Origin: Bacillota bacterium
GTDB taxonomy: Bacteria; Bacillota; Clostridia; Acetivibrionales; DTU013
Length of the DNA: 64,000 bases
Reading direction: 5' to 3'
NCBI GenBank assembly: GCA_023435925.1
Contig: JAEZLF010000288.1
Coordinates: 13 to 64,012, forward strand
The position numbers and the translations under genes are program-made. Shown here piece after piece: positions 26,300 to 33,944 of the stretch (its first letter is position 1; every line of letters starts with the position of its first letter). The notes beneath the pieces are model-generated. The model ran no database searches, was not told the DNA's origin, and worked only from the letters and a program-made list of their open reading frames with translations.

Positions 26300-28201
26300 A
26301 TGGATACGATTATTTCTATTTTTGCTCAACTCCTTGGCTATGTGATGGATTTTTGCTATTCACTGCTCCACAATTATACTCTTGCCATTATTCTGTTTAC
26401 CCTCCTGACCAAGGTCATCTTACTCCCGGTATCAATTTGGGTGCACAGAAATGGCATCAAGATGGTACGTATGATGCCAGAAATTAATCGCTTCAAGGTT
26501 AAATATTTTGGTGATGGGGATAGTATTGCTGAAGAACAGCAGGCCCTATACAAACGCGAGAAATATAATGCTTTTGCAAGTATAATTCCAATGCTTATAC
26601 AGATCATTCTTTTGATTTCTCTTGTACGCGTTATTAATGTGAGTCTTGGCGGGACAACGCTTACAATGATACCTGTGCAGGCGAAAGGTCTTTCATTACT
26701 GATGCCTCTGGCGGCTGGTGCATCGGCGTTTATTCTTTCTATAACCCAAGACAGGATTAATCCTTTACAAAGAGAACAGAGCCGTATTAGTCAAATATCC
26801 ACCATGGCACTTTCGGTTGGGATTTCGTTGTTTCTCGGAGCTTTTGTTTCCATTGGCGTCGGTTTGTACTGGATATGCAGCAACCTATTCACTATTTCGC
26901 AGCAGCTTTTTTTGAATGCAATCATACCGCCTAAAAAGTATATTGACTATGAGGATCTGGAAAAAAGCAAGAGAGCTTTGGAGGAGCTAAACAAAATAGG
27001 TGATAGAAGTAAGAGAAAATGGAATGAAAAAGATCCGGATAAGAAGCGTGAGAAGGCAGATTATAAACGCTTTTTCTCTATCGCTAATAAGCACTTGGTA
27101 TTCTATTCTGAAAAGAGCGGGTTCTACAAGTATTTTGAAAACGTTATTGAGGAGCTATTACGCAGATCAAATATCATAATCCACTATATCACCAGCGACC
27201 CAAAAGACCAGATATTTGAGCTTGCTAAAGAGCAACCTCGTATAAAGCCGTATTATATTGGCGAAAAACGTTTGATTACCCTCATGATGAAGATGGATGC
27301 GGATATGGTGGTCATGACCATGCCTGATCTGGATAATTATCATTTTAAGCGATCCTATGTGCGAAAGGATATTGAATATGTATATATGTTCCACTATCCG
27401 TTAAGCACTCATTTGGTGCTTCGAAAAGGTGCTCTGGATCACTATGACACAATTTTTTGCGTAGGTGAATTTCAGTTTGATGAAATACGTGAAACTGAAA
27501 AGCTCTATTCCTTACCGGAGAAAAAACTAATAGCTGCTGGTTACGGACAATTAGAAAAGCTTTACGATAGTTACAGTAAGATGCAAAAGATTGCCCGTAC
27601 GCAAAAAAAAGTACTGATAGCACCATCCTGGCAGCAGGATAATATTCTTGACAGCTGTATTGATAATCTGCTTGCAGCCCTTTTGGGACAAGGTTTTCAA
27701 GTAATAGTACGTCCTCACCCGGAATATGTTAAGCGTTATGGTTTCCGGATGGATGCTATTGTCGAGAGATATAGGGAATATAATGGAGGCGATTTGGCCT
27801 TTGAACTGGATTTTTCCAGCAACAATTCGATTTTTGATTCAGATGTAGTAATTACTGACTGGTCAGGTACAGCATATGAGTTTTCGTTTGTTACGAAGAA
27901 ACCATCCGTCTTTATTAACACTCCACCCAAAATCAACAATCCGGAGTATAATAAGCTATCTGCGGAGCCACTGGAGATAACATTGCGGGACAAGATCGGT
28001 ATTCAAATGGAACCGGGTCACTTAGAAAACATCTCAGTCGAAATTAACAAACTACTGGATTCTTCAGGAGAGTATCAGAGTGAGATTACATCTATTGTAG
28101 ATAACTATATTGCTAACTTTGGTCATAGTGGGGAGATCGGAAGCAGATATATCATTAGCAGATTAAAAGAGATTGGAGTGAAGAGATCAAATGAAGGCTG
28201 A
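26300..28201 (+). CDS. Fusion protein: YidC/Oxa1-like membrane domain plus CDP-glycerol glycerophosphotransferase (TagB/TagF)-like domain
   Basis: N-terminal region: NYTLAIILFTLLTKVILLPVSIW, MMPEINRFKVKYFGD, QQALYKREKYNAF, IIPMLIQIILL (YidC pattern). A charged linker follows. C-terminal region: KVLIAPSWQQDN, VRPHPEY, VVITDWSGTAYEF (Glyphos_transf pattern). Confidence 0.65.
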   Translation: MDTIISIFAQLLGYVMDFCYSLLHNYTLAIILFTLLTKVILLPVSIWVHRNGIKMVRMMPEINRFKVKYFGDGDSIAEEQQALYKREKYNAFASIIPMLIQIILLISLVRVINVSLGGTTLTMIPVQAKGLSLLMPLAAGASAFILSITQDRINPLQREQSRISQISTMALSVGISLFLGAFVSIGVGLYWICSNLFTISQQLFLNAIIPPKKYIDYEDLEKSKRALEELNKIGDRSKRKWNEKDPDKKREKADYKRFFSIANKHLVFYSEKSGFYKYFENVIEELLRRSNIIIHYITSDPKDQIFELAKEQPRIKPYYIGEKRLITLMMKMDADMVVMTMPDLDNYHFKRSYVRKDIEYVYMFHYPLSTHLVLRKGALDHYDTIFCVGEFQFDEIRETEKLYSLPEKKLIAAGYGQLEKLYDSYSKMQKIARTQKKVLIAPSWQQDNILDSCIDNLLAALLGQGFQVIVRPHPEYVKRYGFRMDAIVERYREYNGGDLAFELDFSSNNSIFDSDVVITDWSGTAYEFSFVTKKPSVFINTPPKINNPEYNKLSAEPLEITLRDKIGIQMEPGHLENISVEINKLLDSSGEYQSEITSIVDNYIANFGHSGEIGSRYIISRLKEIGVKRSNEG

Positions 28202-29327
28202 ATTCTTTTTAAATATACTAAGTGAAAATTTGGGGGTAGATTTTTATGCAGGCGTGCCGGATTCTCAGCTCAAAGCATTATGTAACACTCTCTATGAGAA
28301 GTATGGATTGGGAGATAAGCATATTGTCGCAGCGAATGAAGGTGCTGCTGTTGGCCTGGCTGCTGGGCATTACATTGCCACTGGAAAGCCTGCCCTTGTG
28401 TATCTTCAGAACAGTGGGATCGGTAATATAATTAACCCTGTTGCCTCTTTACTGAATGAAATGGTATATGGTATTCCCTGCGTGTTTGCGGTAGGCTGGA
28501 GAGGAGAACCTGGAATCAAGGATGAGCCCCAGCATGCTTTTCAAGGCGAAGTGACAATTTCTCTATTGGAACTGATGAAAATAAAATGCTTTACCCTTTC
28601 CAAGGAAACGAAGAATGAAGAATTTCTTGAGTTTATTCAGCAGAGCAGAGAGCTTATTGCTGAAGGGAAAAGTATAGCTTTTGTTGTATGTAAAGGTGCA
28701 CTGGAAACCGACATCAAGCCTCACTTCGGAAATAATAATAAAATAAAGAGAGAAGATGCGCTTAGAACAATTGTAAAAAGTGCGAGCGATGGAGATATTT
28801 TTATTTCTACTACAGGAAAAACGTCCCGTGAATTATTTGAAATAAGAGAGGCTTTGGGGCAGGGACATGAAAAAGACTTCCTGACAGTGGGATCAATGGG
28901 ACATGCCTCTATGATAGCTATGGGAATAGCAATGGAATTGCCTGAGAGGACAGTGTGGTGTATTGATGGTGATGGAGCAGCGGTAATGCATTTGGGTAGC
29001 ATGGTGGTGCTGGCGAAGACTGGATGCAAGAATTTAATACATGTAGTATTTAATAACGGTGCTCACGAAAGTGTGGGAGGTATGCCGGTAGCATATGGTA
29101 AAACGGATTTTTGTTCACTGGCTAAAGCTGCAGGATATAATATTTGTATGAAAGTTTCGGATCATGCTGAGCTTATAGAAGCCTTAAATACCGCTACGAA
29201 GACGGAAGGAACTTTCTTTATAGAAATATTGGCAGCTCTGGGCTCAAGGGATGATCTAGGCAGGCCAACTACAACACCAAAAGAAAACAAATCAGCTCTT
29301 ATGAAATTTCTGAGAGAGGTGAAATAG
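28191..29327 (+). CDS. ppd: Phosphonopyruvate decarboxylase (ThDP-dependent)
   Basis: About 378 aa. ThDP motif GDG-x25-NN (IDGDGAAVMHLGS...VFNNGAHES). N-terminal GVPDSQLK block typical of Ppd/AepY. Context with PEP mutase supports the call. Confidence 0.85.
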   Translation: MKAEFFLNILSENLGVDFYAGVPDSQLKALCNTLYEKYGLGDKHIVAANEGAAVGLAAGHYIATGKPALVYLQNSGIGNIINPVASLLNEMVYGIPCVFAVGWRGEPGIKDEPQHAFQGEVTISLLELMKIKCFTLSKETKNEEFLEFIQQSRELIAEGKSIAFVVCKGALETDIKPHFGNNNKIKREDALRTIVKSASDGDIFISTTGKTSRELFEIREALGQGHEKDFLTVGSMGHASMIAMGIAMELPERTVWCIDGDGAAVMHLGSMVVLAKTGCKNLIHVVFNNGAHESVGGMPVAYGKTDFCSLAKAAGYNICMKVSDHAELIEALNTATKTEGTFFIEILAALGSRDDLGRPTTTPKENKSALMKFLREVK

Positions 29328-29331
29328 ATTA

Positions 29332-30066
29332 ATGAAAGCTTTGCTTTTAAATTCCGGTCTTGGAAGTAGAATGGGGAAGTTGACAGATGACAAGCCAAAG
29401 TGTATGTGCCCAATAGGAAATGGGTACAGTATCATAAGTTGGCAGTTAGAACTATTACGGACGCATGGAATTATGGATATTGTGATTACTACAGGCCCTT
29501 TTGAAAGGTCACTGAAAGAGCACGTCCTGACCTATGGAGAAGGATTAAACTTTACCTTTGTCAACAATCCGATTTACCAAGAAACAAATTATATTTTTTC
29601 CATGTATTTGGCAAGAGAGCATTTAAAAGATGATATTCTACTTTTACATGGCGATCTTGTATTAGAACCTTCTGTTGTTGCAGACCTGTTATTTTCAGAC
29701 CATAGTGTAGTAACAGTGGATAAATTACTGCCTCTTCCGGAAAAAGATTTTAAAGCAAAGCATGACGGCAGTAAGATCAAAGCGGTGGGAATTGAATTCT
29801 TCGGGAATGACTGCGAAGCCTGCCAACCGGCATATAAATGGACTAAAGCTGACTTTGCTTTGTGGATGAATGAAATTGAAGCATTCTGCAAAAGAGGTAA
29901 AACAAAGGTCTATGCCGAGAATGCATTTAATTGTGTAAGCGACCAGATAGATTTGTATCCCCTGGAACTTGAAAAGAGACTCTGCAATGAAATTGATAAT
30001 TTGGACGATCTGATGGCAATTACCGAAAGATTTCAACGATTATTAAGTAAGGAGAGGAAGCAATGA
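29332..30066 (+). CDS. LicC/PntC/TarI-like nucleotidyl(cytidylyl)transferase
   Basis: MKALLLNSGLGSRMGKLTDDKPKCM glycine-rich NTP-binding loop; about 244 aa. The substrate cannot be assigned from sequence. Confidence 0.65.
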   Translation: MKALLLNSGLGSRMGKLTDDKPKCMCPIGNGYSIISWQLELLRTHGIMDIVITTGPFERSLKEHVLTYGEGLNFTFVNNPIYQETNYIFSMYLAREHLKDDILLLHGDLVLEPSVVADLLFSDHSVVTVDKLLPLPEKDFKAKHDGSKIKAVGIEFFGNDCEACQPAYKWTKADFALWMNEIEAFCKRGKTKVYAENAFNCVSDQIDLYPLELEKRLCNEIDNLDDLMAITERFQRLLSKERKQ

Positions 30067-31355
30067 AAAAAGTTTATATGTGCTTTAGCACAGATATTAT
30101 TCACAATGGGCACATGAATATTATTCAAAAAGCTTCAAAGCTTGGAGAGTTAACAGTTGGAGTTCTAACGGATGAGGTGGTTGCCACATTTAAACGGTAT
30201 CCTCTGATCCCTTTGGATGAACGCATTCAAATGTTTCAAAACATTAAAGGTGTGGCAAAAGTTGTTGTTCAGGATAAGCTAGAGTATAACGATATTTTAA
30301 ATCAGTTAAAGCCAGATATTGTTGTTCATGGTGATGATTGGCATACAGGATATCAAGCTGGAATTCGTGATAAAGTTATTGAGGTTCTAAAAGGATGGGG
30401 AGGTAAGCTTGTTGAATATCCTTACACGCATTCTCCAACGGAAGAAACCCTTAGCAGCCTTGATCAAAAACTTTCTATGCCTGAAAATCGCCGCTCAAGG
30501 TTAAAGAAGTTGTTACAGTATAAGCCTTGTTTATCAGTATTAGAAGCGCATAATGGCCTTACTGGATTGATTGTGGAACATACGAAGGTAGATACGGGCA
30601 CTGGTGTAAGGCAGTTTGATGCGATGTGGGTCTCCAGCCTTTGTGATTCTACTGCAAAAGGTAAGCCAGACATCGAACTGGTGGATATGACCTCCCGAAT
30701 CAATACACTAGAGGAAATTATGGAAGTAACAACAAAACCAATCATCCTGGATGGGGATACTGGCGGACTGACCGAGCACTTTATTTTTACTATAAGGACT
30801 TTAGAGAGAATAGGTGTATCTGCTGTTATTATTGAAGATAAGACTGGATTAAAGAAGAATTCACTTTTTGGAACTGACGCCGAGCAGGTTCAAGAGTCCA
30901 TTGAGAAATTCTGTGAGAAGATCAGTGCAGGGAAAAACGCATTGAAAACCAAAGATTTTATGATTATTGCGCGATGTGAAAGCCTTATTTTGAATCAAGG
31001 CTTGGAAGATGCACTTAAGAGATGTAAGGCATATGTGGAAGCAGGAGCGGATGGTATTATGATTCATTCCTGCAGAAAGGAGCCCGATGAGGTTCTGGAA
31101 TTTTGCAGAAAATTCCGTGAGATAGATCTATCTACGCCGATCGTAGCGGTGCCTACAACGTACAACAGTATTACTGAAGAAGAATTGGGGGCTGCCGGTG
31201 TAAATATAGTAATTCATGCAAATCATCTTTTAAGAAGTGCATTTCCTGCTATGCAGAAAGTTGCAAAGACTATACTTTCTCACTCTAGAACCCTTGAAGC
31301 AGATGAATACTGTATGCCAATTAAAAGTATTCTAACGCTGATTCCAAATGAATGA
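30063..31355 (+). CDS. pepM: Bifunctional HxGH cytidylyltransferase :: phosphoenolpyruvate mutase (Fom1-type architecture)
   Basis: Residues 1 to about 135: FSTDIIHNGHMNII (HxGH) of the TagD-like cytidylyltransferase fold. Residues from about 140 to 430: LSVLEAHNGLTGLIVE, FDAMWVSSLCDS and the PepM-diagnostic EDKxxxxxNS motif (EDKTGLKKNS, nt 30834-30863). Confidence 0.9.
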   Translation: MKKVYMCFSTDIIHNGHMNIIQKASKLGELTVGVLTDEVVATFKRYPLIPLDERIQMFQNIKGVAKVVVQDKLEYNDILNQLKPDIVVHGDDWHTGYQAGIRDKVIEVLKGWGGKLVEYPYTHSPTEETLSSLDQKLSMPENRRSRLKKLLQYKPCLSVLEAHNGLTGLIVEHTKVDTGTGVRQFDAMWVSSLCDSTAKGKPDIELVDMTSRINTLEEIMEVTTKPIILDGDTGGLTEHFIFTIRTLERIGVSAVIIEDKTGLKKNSLFGTDAEQVQESIEKFCEKISAGKNALKTKDFMIIARCESLILNQGLEDALKRCKAYVEAGADGIMIHSCRKEPDEVLEFCRKFREIDLSTPIVAVPTTYNSITEEELGAAGVNIVIHANHLLRSAFPAMQKVAKTILSHSRTLEADEYCMPIKSILTLIPNE

Positions 31356-31370
31356 AAGGGGTGCTCACTT

Positions 31371-32510
31371 ATGAGACAATATTTGCCTTTTTCACCTGTA
31401 GAGATTGTCTTTACATCCCGAAAGGAAGCAATAGTTTACCTGAAAGATCTGGTTTTCGGAGGAGATAGATCTTTGCTGTTAGCTAGTGAAGGAAGGATTA
31501 ATGCGCTAGGATCAGGACAATGGATTTCAGATTTAAAGGATTCTGGAAAGATCATTCATCTTAGCCAAATTCCCGTTAACCCAACTGTTTTAGATGTTTA
31601 TAGTAATCTTAAGATGCTGCAGGGGACCCAACTGAATCAAATTATTGCAATAGGCGGTGGAAGCTGTATTGATCTTGCAAAAGCAATTAGTGCTCTCCAC
31701 TATTTGATACAGGAAGACAAATTATCTGTACAATCTGTGCGCAACGCCATCAAAGACAAGAAATATCTGAACGGGCATCGTTTTATAGATGTTATAGCAG
31801 TACCTACAACATCGGGAACAGGGTCTGAAGTAACTAAGTGGGCAACAATCTGGGATATGGAGCAGAAAGAGAAGCTATCTGTGGACAGCGTTAACAGCTT
31901 TCCCAAAGTGGCATTGATTGCCCCGGACATTACAACATCTGTGCCTGCTCGGTTATCACTTTCAACAGGATTAGATGCACTTTCGCATGCAATGGAAGCA
32001 TTTTGGGCCAGAAGCAGATCACCATTGTCTCAGGCATTAGCAATATCGGCAATCGAACTTGTGAAAAAGTTTCTTCCCCAAGTGCTGAATGATGGCAGAA
32101 ATGCAGAGTATCGAGAAGGGATGAGTTTAGCTTCATTATTGGCTGGTCTAGCCTTTTCTATGACCAGAACGACAGCATGTCACTCTATATCTTATCCGTT
32201 AACAATGCATTTTGGTGTGGAACACGGCTTTGCGACAGCCATGACTCTGATCCAAGTAGCAGAACGTAATGAAGCTGTTGTACCTGAGATTAGCAGAATA
32301 TATTCAATCTTTGGAGGAAAAACGGCATTCATTCAATGGTTTAAAGATGTAACACATCCAGTTTTAGACTTAAAATTATCTGCCTTTGGAGTTTACCTGA
32401 CCGATTTGGATTTTATTGCGGAAAGAACTTTTACTCAAGGAAGAATGGATAATAATCCGATTACATTTTCTCAGCAAGAAGTGAAAGATATATTGCAGAA
32501 GGCTTTTTAA
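31371..32510 (+). CDS. Group-III iron-containing alcohol dehydrogenase, predicted phosphonoacetaldehyde reductase (PhpC/FomC-like)
   Basis: GGGSCIDLAKA, TTSGTGSEVT, HAMEAFW and CHSISYPL metal/NAD(P) motifs. Lies immediately downstream of pepM. Confidence 0.75.
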   Translation: MRQYLPFSPVEIVFTSRKEAIVYLKDLVFGGDRSLLLASEGRINALGSGQWISDLKDSGKIIHLSQIPVNPTVLDVYSNLKMLQGTQLNQIIAIGGGSCIDLAKAISALHYLIQEDKLSVQSVRNAIKDKKYLNGHRFIDVIAVPTTSGTGSEVTKWATIWDMEQKEKLSVDSVNSFPKVALIAPDITTSVPARLSLSTGLDALSHAMEAFWARSRSPLSQALAISAIELVKKFLPQVLNDGRNAEYREGMSLASLLAGLAFSMTRTTACHSISYPLTMHFGVEHGFATAMTLIQVAERNEAVVPEISRIYSIFGGKTAFIQWFKDVTHPVLDLKLSAFGVYLTDLDFIAERTFTQGRMDNNPITFSQQEVKDILQKAF

Positions 32511-32587
32511 GTGTAATTTGAAGTACAGGTATGTATTAATGTTTCTTATGGTATTTTGTAATATGTGGGAACACCCTATTTAGAAAC

Positions 32588-32616
32588 TTGTAGATTTCCC
32601 ATTTAAATTGTATAAT
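32588..32616 (+). promoter_or_regulatory. Candidate sigma-A promoter for the small ORF at 32659
   Basis: TTGTAG (32588-32593), 17-nt spacer, TATAAT (32611-32616). Confidence 0.4.
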
Positions 32617-32658
32617 TAGGGTTGAATTCAGCAGATACGTTGGAAGGGGGATTTTTTC

Positions 32659-32910
32659 TTGAGTATTATCAATTTAATGAATCAGATACCTACTCTGTTA
32701 CCCAAAGTTTTTTTCGCTTATATTGACCCGTCAGTAATGACCTATACGATACAGGCGGTTGCAGGTGTTGTTATAGCTATCGGTGCGGTTGTTGGCATTG
32801 TTTGGCGAAATGCCAGAAAAAAAGCGAAGCAGGTCCTCAATATTGATGATAACGCCAAAAAAGAGGTTGAAGAGGATGTTGTAGAGATTGACCCTGATGA
32901 GAAGAAATAA
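32659..32910 (+). CDS. Small hypothetical membrane protein with an acidic tail
   Basis: TTG start after GGAAGGGGG. One clear TM helix (YTIQAVAGVVIAIGAVVGIVW), a basic patch RNARKKAKQ, then KKEVEEDVVEIDPDEKK. No family recognised. Confidence 0.4.
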   Translation: MSIINLMNQIPTLLPKVFFAYIDPSVMTYTIQAVAGVVIAIGAVVGIVWRNARKKAKQVLNIDDNAKKEVEEDVVEIDPDEKK

Positions 32911-32924
32911 TTGGTGAGGAATCG

Positions 32925-32960
32925 CTACACCAGCTCGTGTACTGTAGTGAACTGGTGTAG
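32925..32960. terminator. Inverted repeat between convergent genes (possible bidirectional terminator)
   Basis: ctacaccag (32925-32933) pairs with ctggtgtag (32952-32960). The loop is 18 nt and there is no clear U-run. Confidence 0.3.
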
Positions 32961-32992
32961 TGATTAGCGAAGCTTCCTGCTCGACCGTCAGA

Positions 32993-33760
32993 TTAAAACA
33001 ACCTAAATCCCCATTTCCTGAAATAATATACTGCTGACCTTATATCCGTTAAAGCCAGCTTCAGGCTTTTATGGGAGCCTCTCTGCCACTCATGAATGAC
33101 ATAATTGTAAGGATAAAATAATGTTTTTGAGATTTCGTTCACCCGCCTTGTAATGTCGGCGTCCTCTAGGTAAAGGAAAAAATGCTCGTCAAAGCCGCTC
33201 AGCTTTTTGAATATTTCTGTTCTGAAGAACATGAAGCAGCCGGTTGCATAATCAATCTCGACTTCCTTATTATATCCGGTATCTCTCATTTCAAAATAAT
33301 TATGTCGTTTTTGAAAGGAATGAGGGAAAACTAATCGGATAAACAGATCAAAAAATGTTGGGTTTCTTTTGCATAAATATTGTATTCTCCCATCAGGGTA
33401 CTTTATCATTGGAGACAGCAGACCGATATCCTCGTGATGATCCATAAAGATGGCCATTTCAGCAATACAACTATTCTCGATAACAATATCGGGGTTTATA
33501 GCTAGATGGTAACGTGAGTCAAGCTCACTCAGCAGTTGATTGTGGGCAGTTCCAAAGCCTACATTTGTGCTGTTTTGAATAATGATAATGTTATCGGATA
33601 TGCTTTTAATTATGTCGACAGTACGATCATGAGAATCATTATCTATGACATATATCTGGTAAGATAGACTACCGTCAAGATACTGGATCAAGCTGTTAAT
33701 ACATTTTTCTATTGAGTTTTCATTATTATAAGTGACGATTGCGATTGATAATTCCGGCAT
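32993..33760 (-). CDS. Family-2 glycosyltransferase
   Basis: MPELSIAIVTYNN...YVIDNDSHDRT...(ED motif) YLEDADI. The ATG at 33760 has GAGGA 6 nt upstream; the ORF-track start at 33772 lacks an RBS. This is the only minus-strand gene inside the island. Confidence 0.8.
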   Translation of the reverse strand: MPELSIAIVTYNNENSIEKCINSLIQYLDGSLSYQIYVIDNDSHDRTVDIIKSISDNIIIIQNSTNVGFGTAHNQLLSELDSRYHLAINPDIVIENSCIAEMAIFMDHHEDIGLLSPMIKYPDGRIQYLCKRNPTFFDLFIRLVFPHSFQKRHNYFEMRDTGYNKEVEIDYATGCFMFFRTEIFKKLSGFDEHFFLYLEDADITRRVNEISKTLFYPYNYVIHEWQRGSHKSLKLALTDIRSAVYYFRKWGFRLF

Positions 33761-33944
33761 GCGAATCCTCATTGCTTTATTTTTTCTTTCATCATAGCAT
33801 ATCTCAATGCGGAGTACAAACGGAGTATTTCAGCCAGATTACTCATCCATATATTTATCTCATTTCCATGCTTTTTTCTAAAGCAAAATGTAGTGAAATG
33901 AGGTATAATGTAAACATATAACAATCGGATTTGTGAGGTTATCC

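Noticed and set aside
28191-32510. Fosfomycin-like or other phosphonate antibiotic biosynthetic gene cluster
   Set aside because: Only the early steps are present (mutase, decarboxylase, reductase, cytidylyltransferase). I found no radical-SAM/cobalamin methyltransferase, HppE-type epoxidase, resistance kinase, NRPS or ATP-grasp tailoring genes in the window. All neighbours are glycan-assembly genes.
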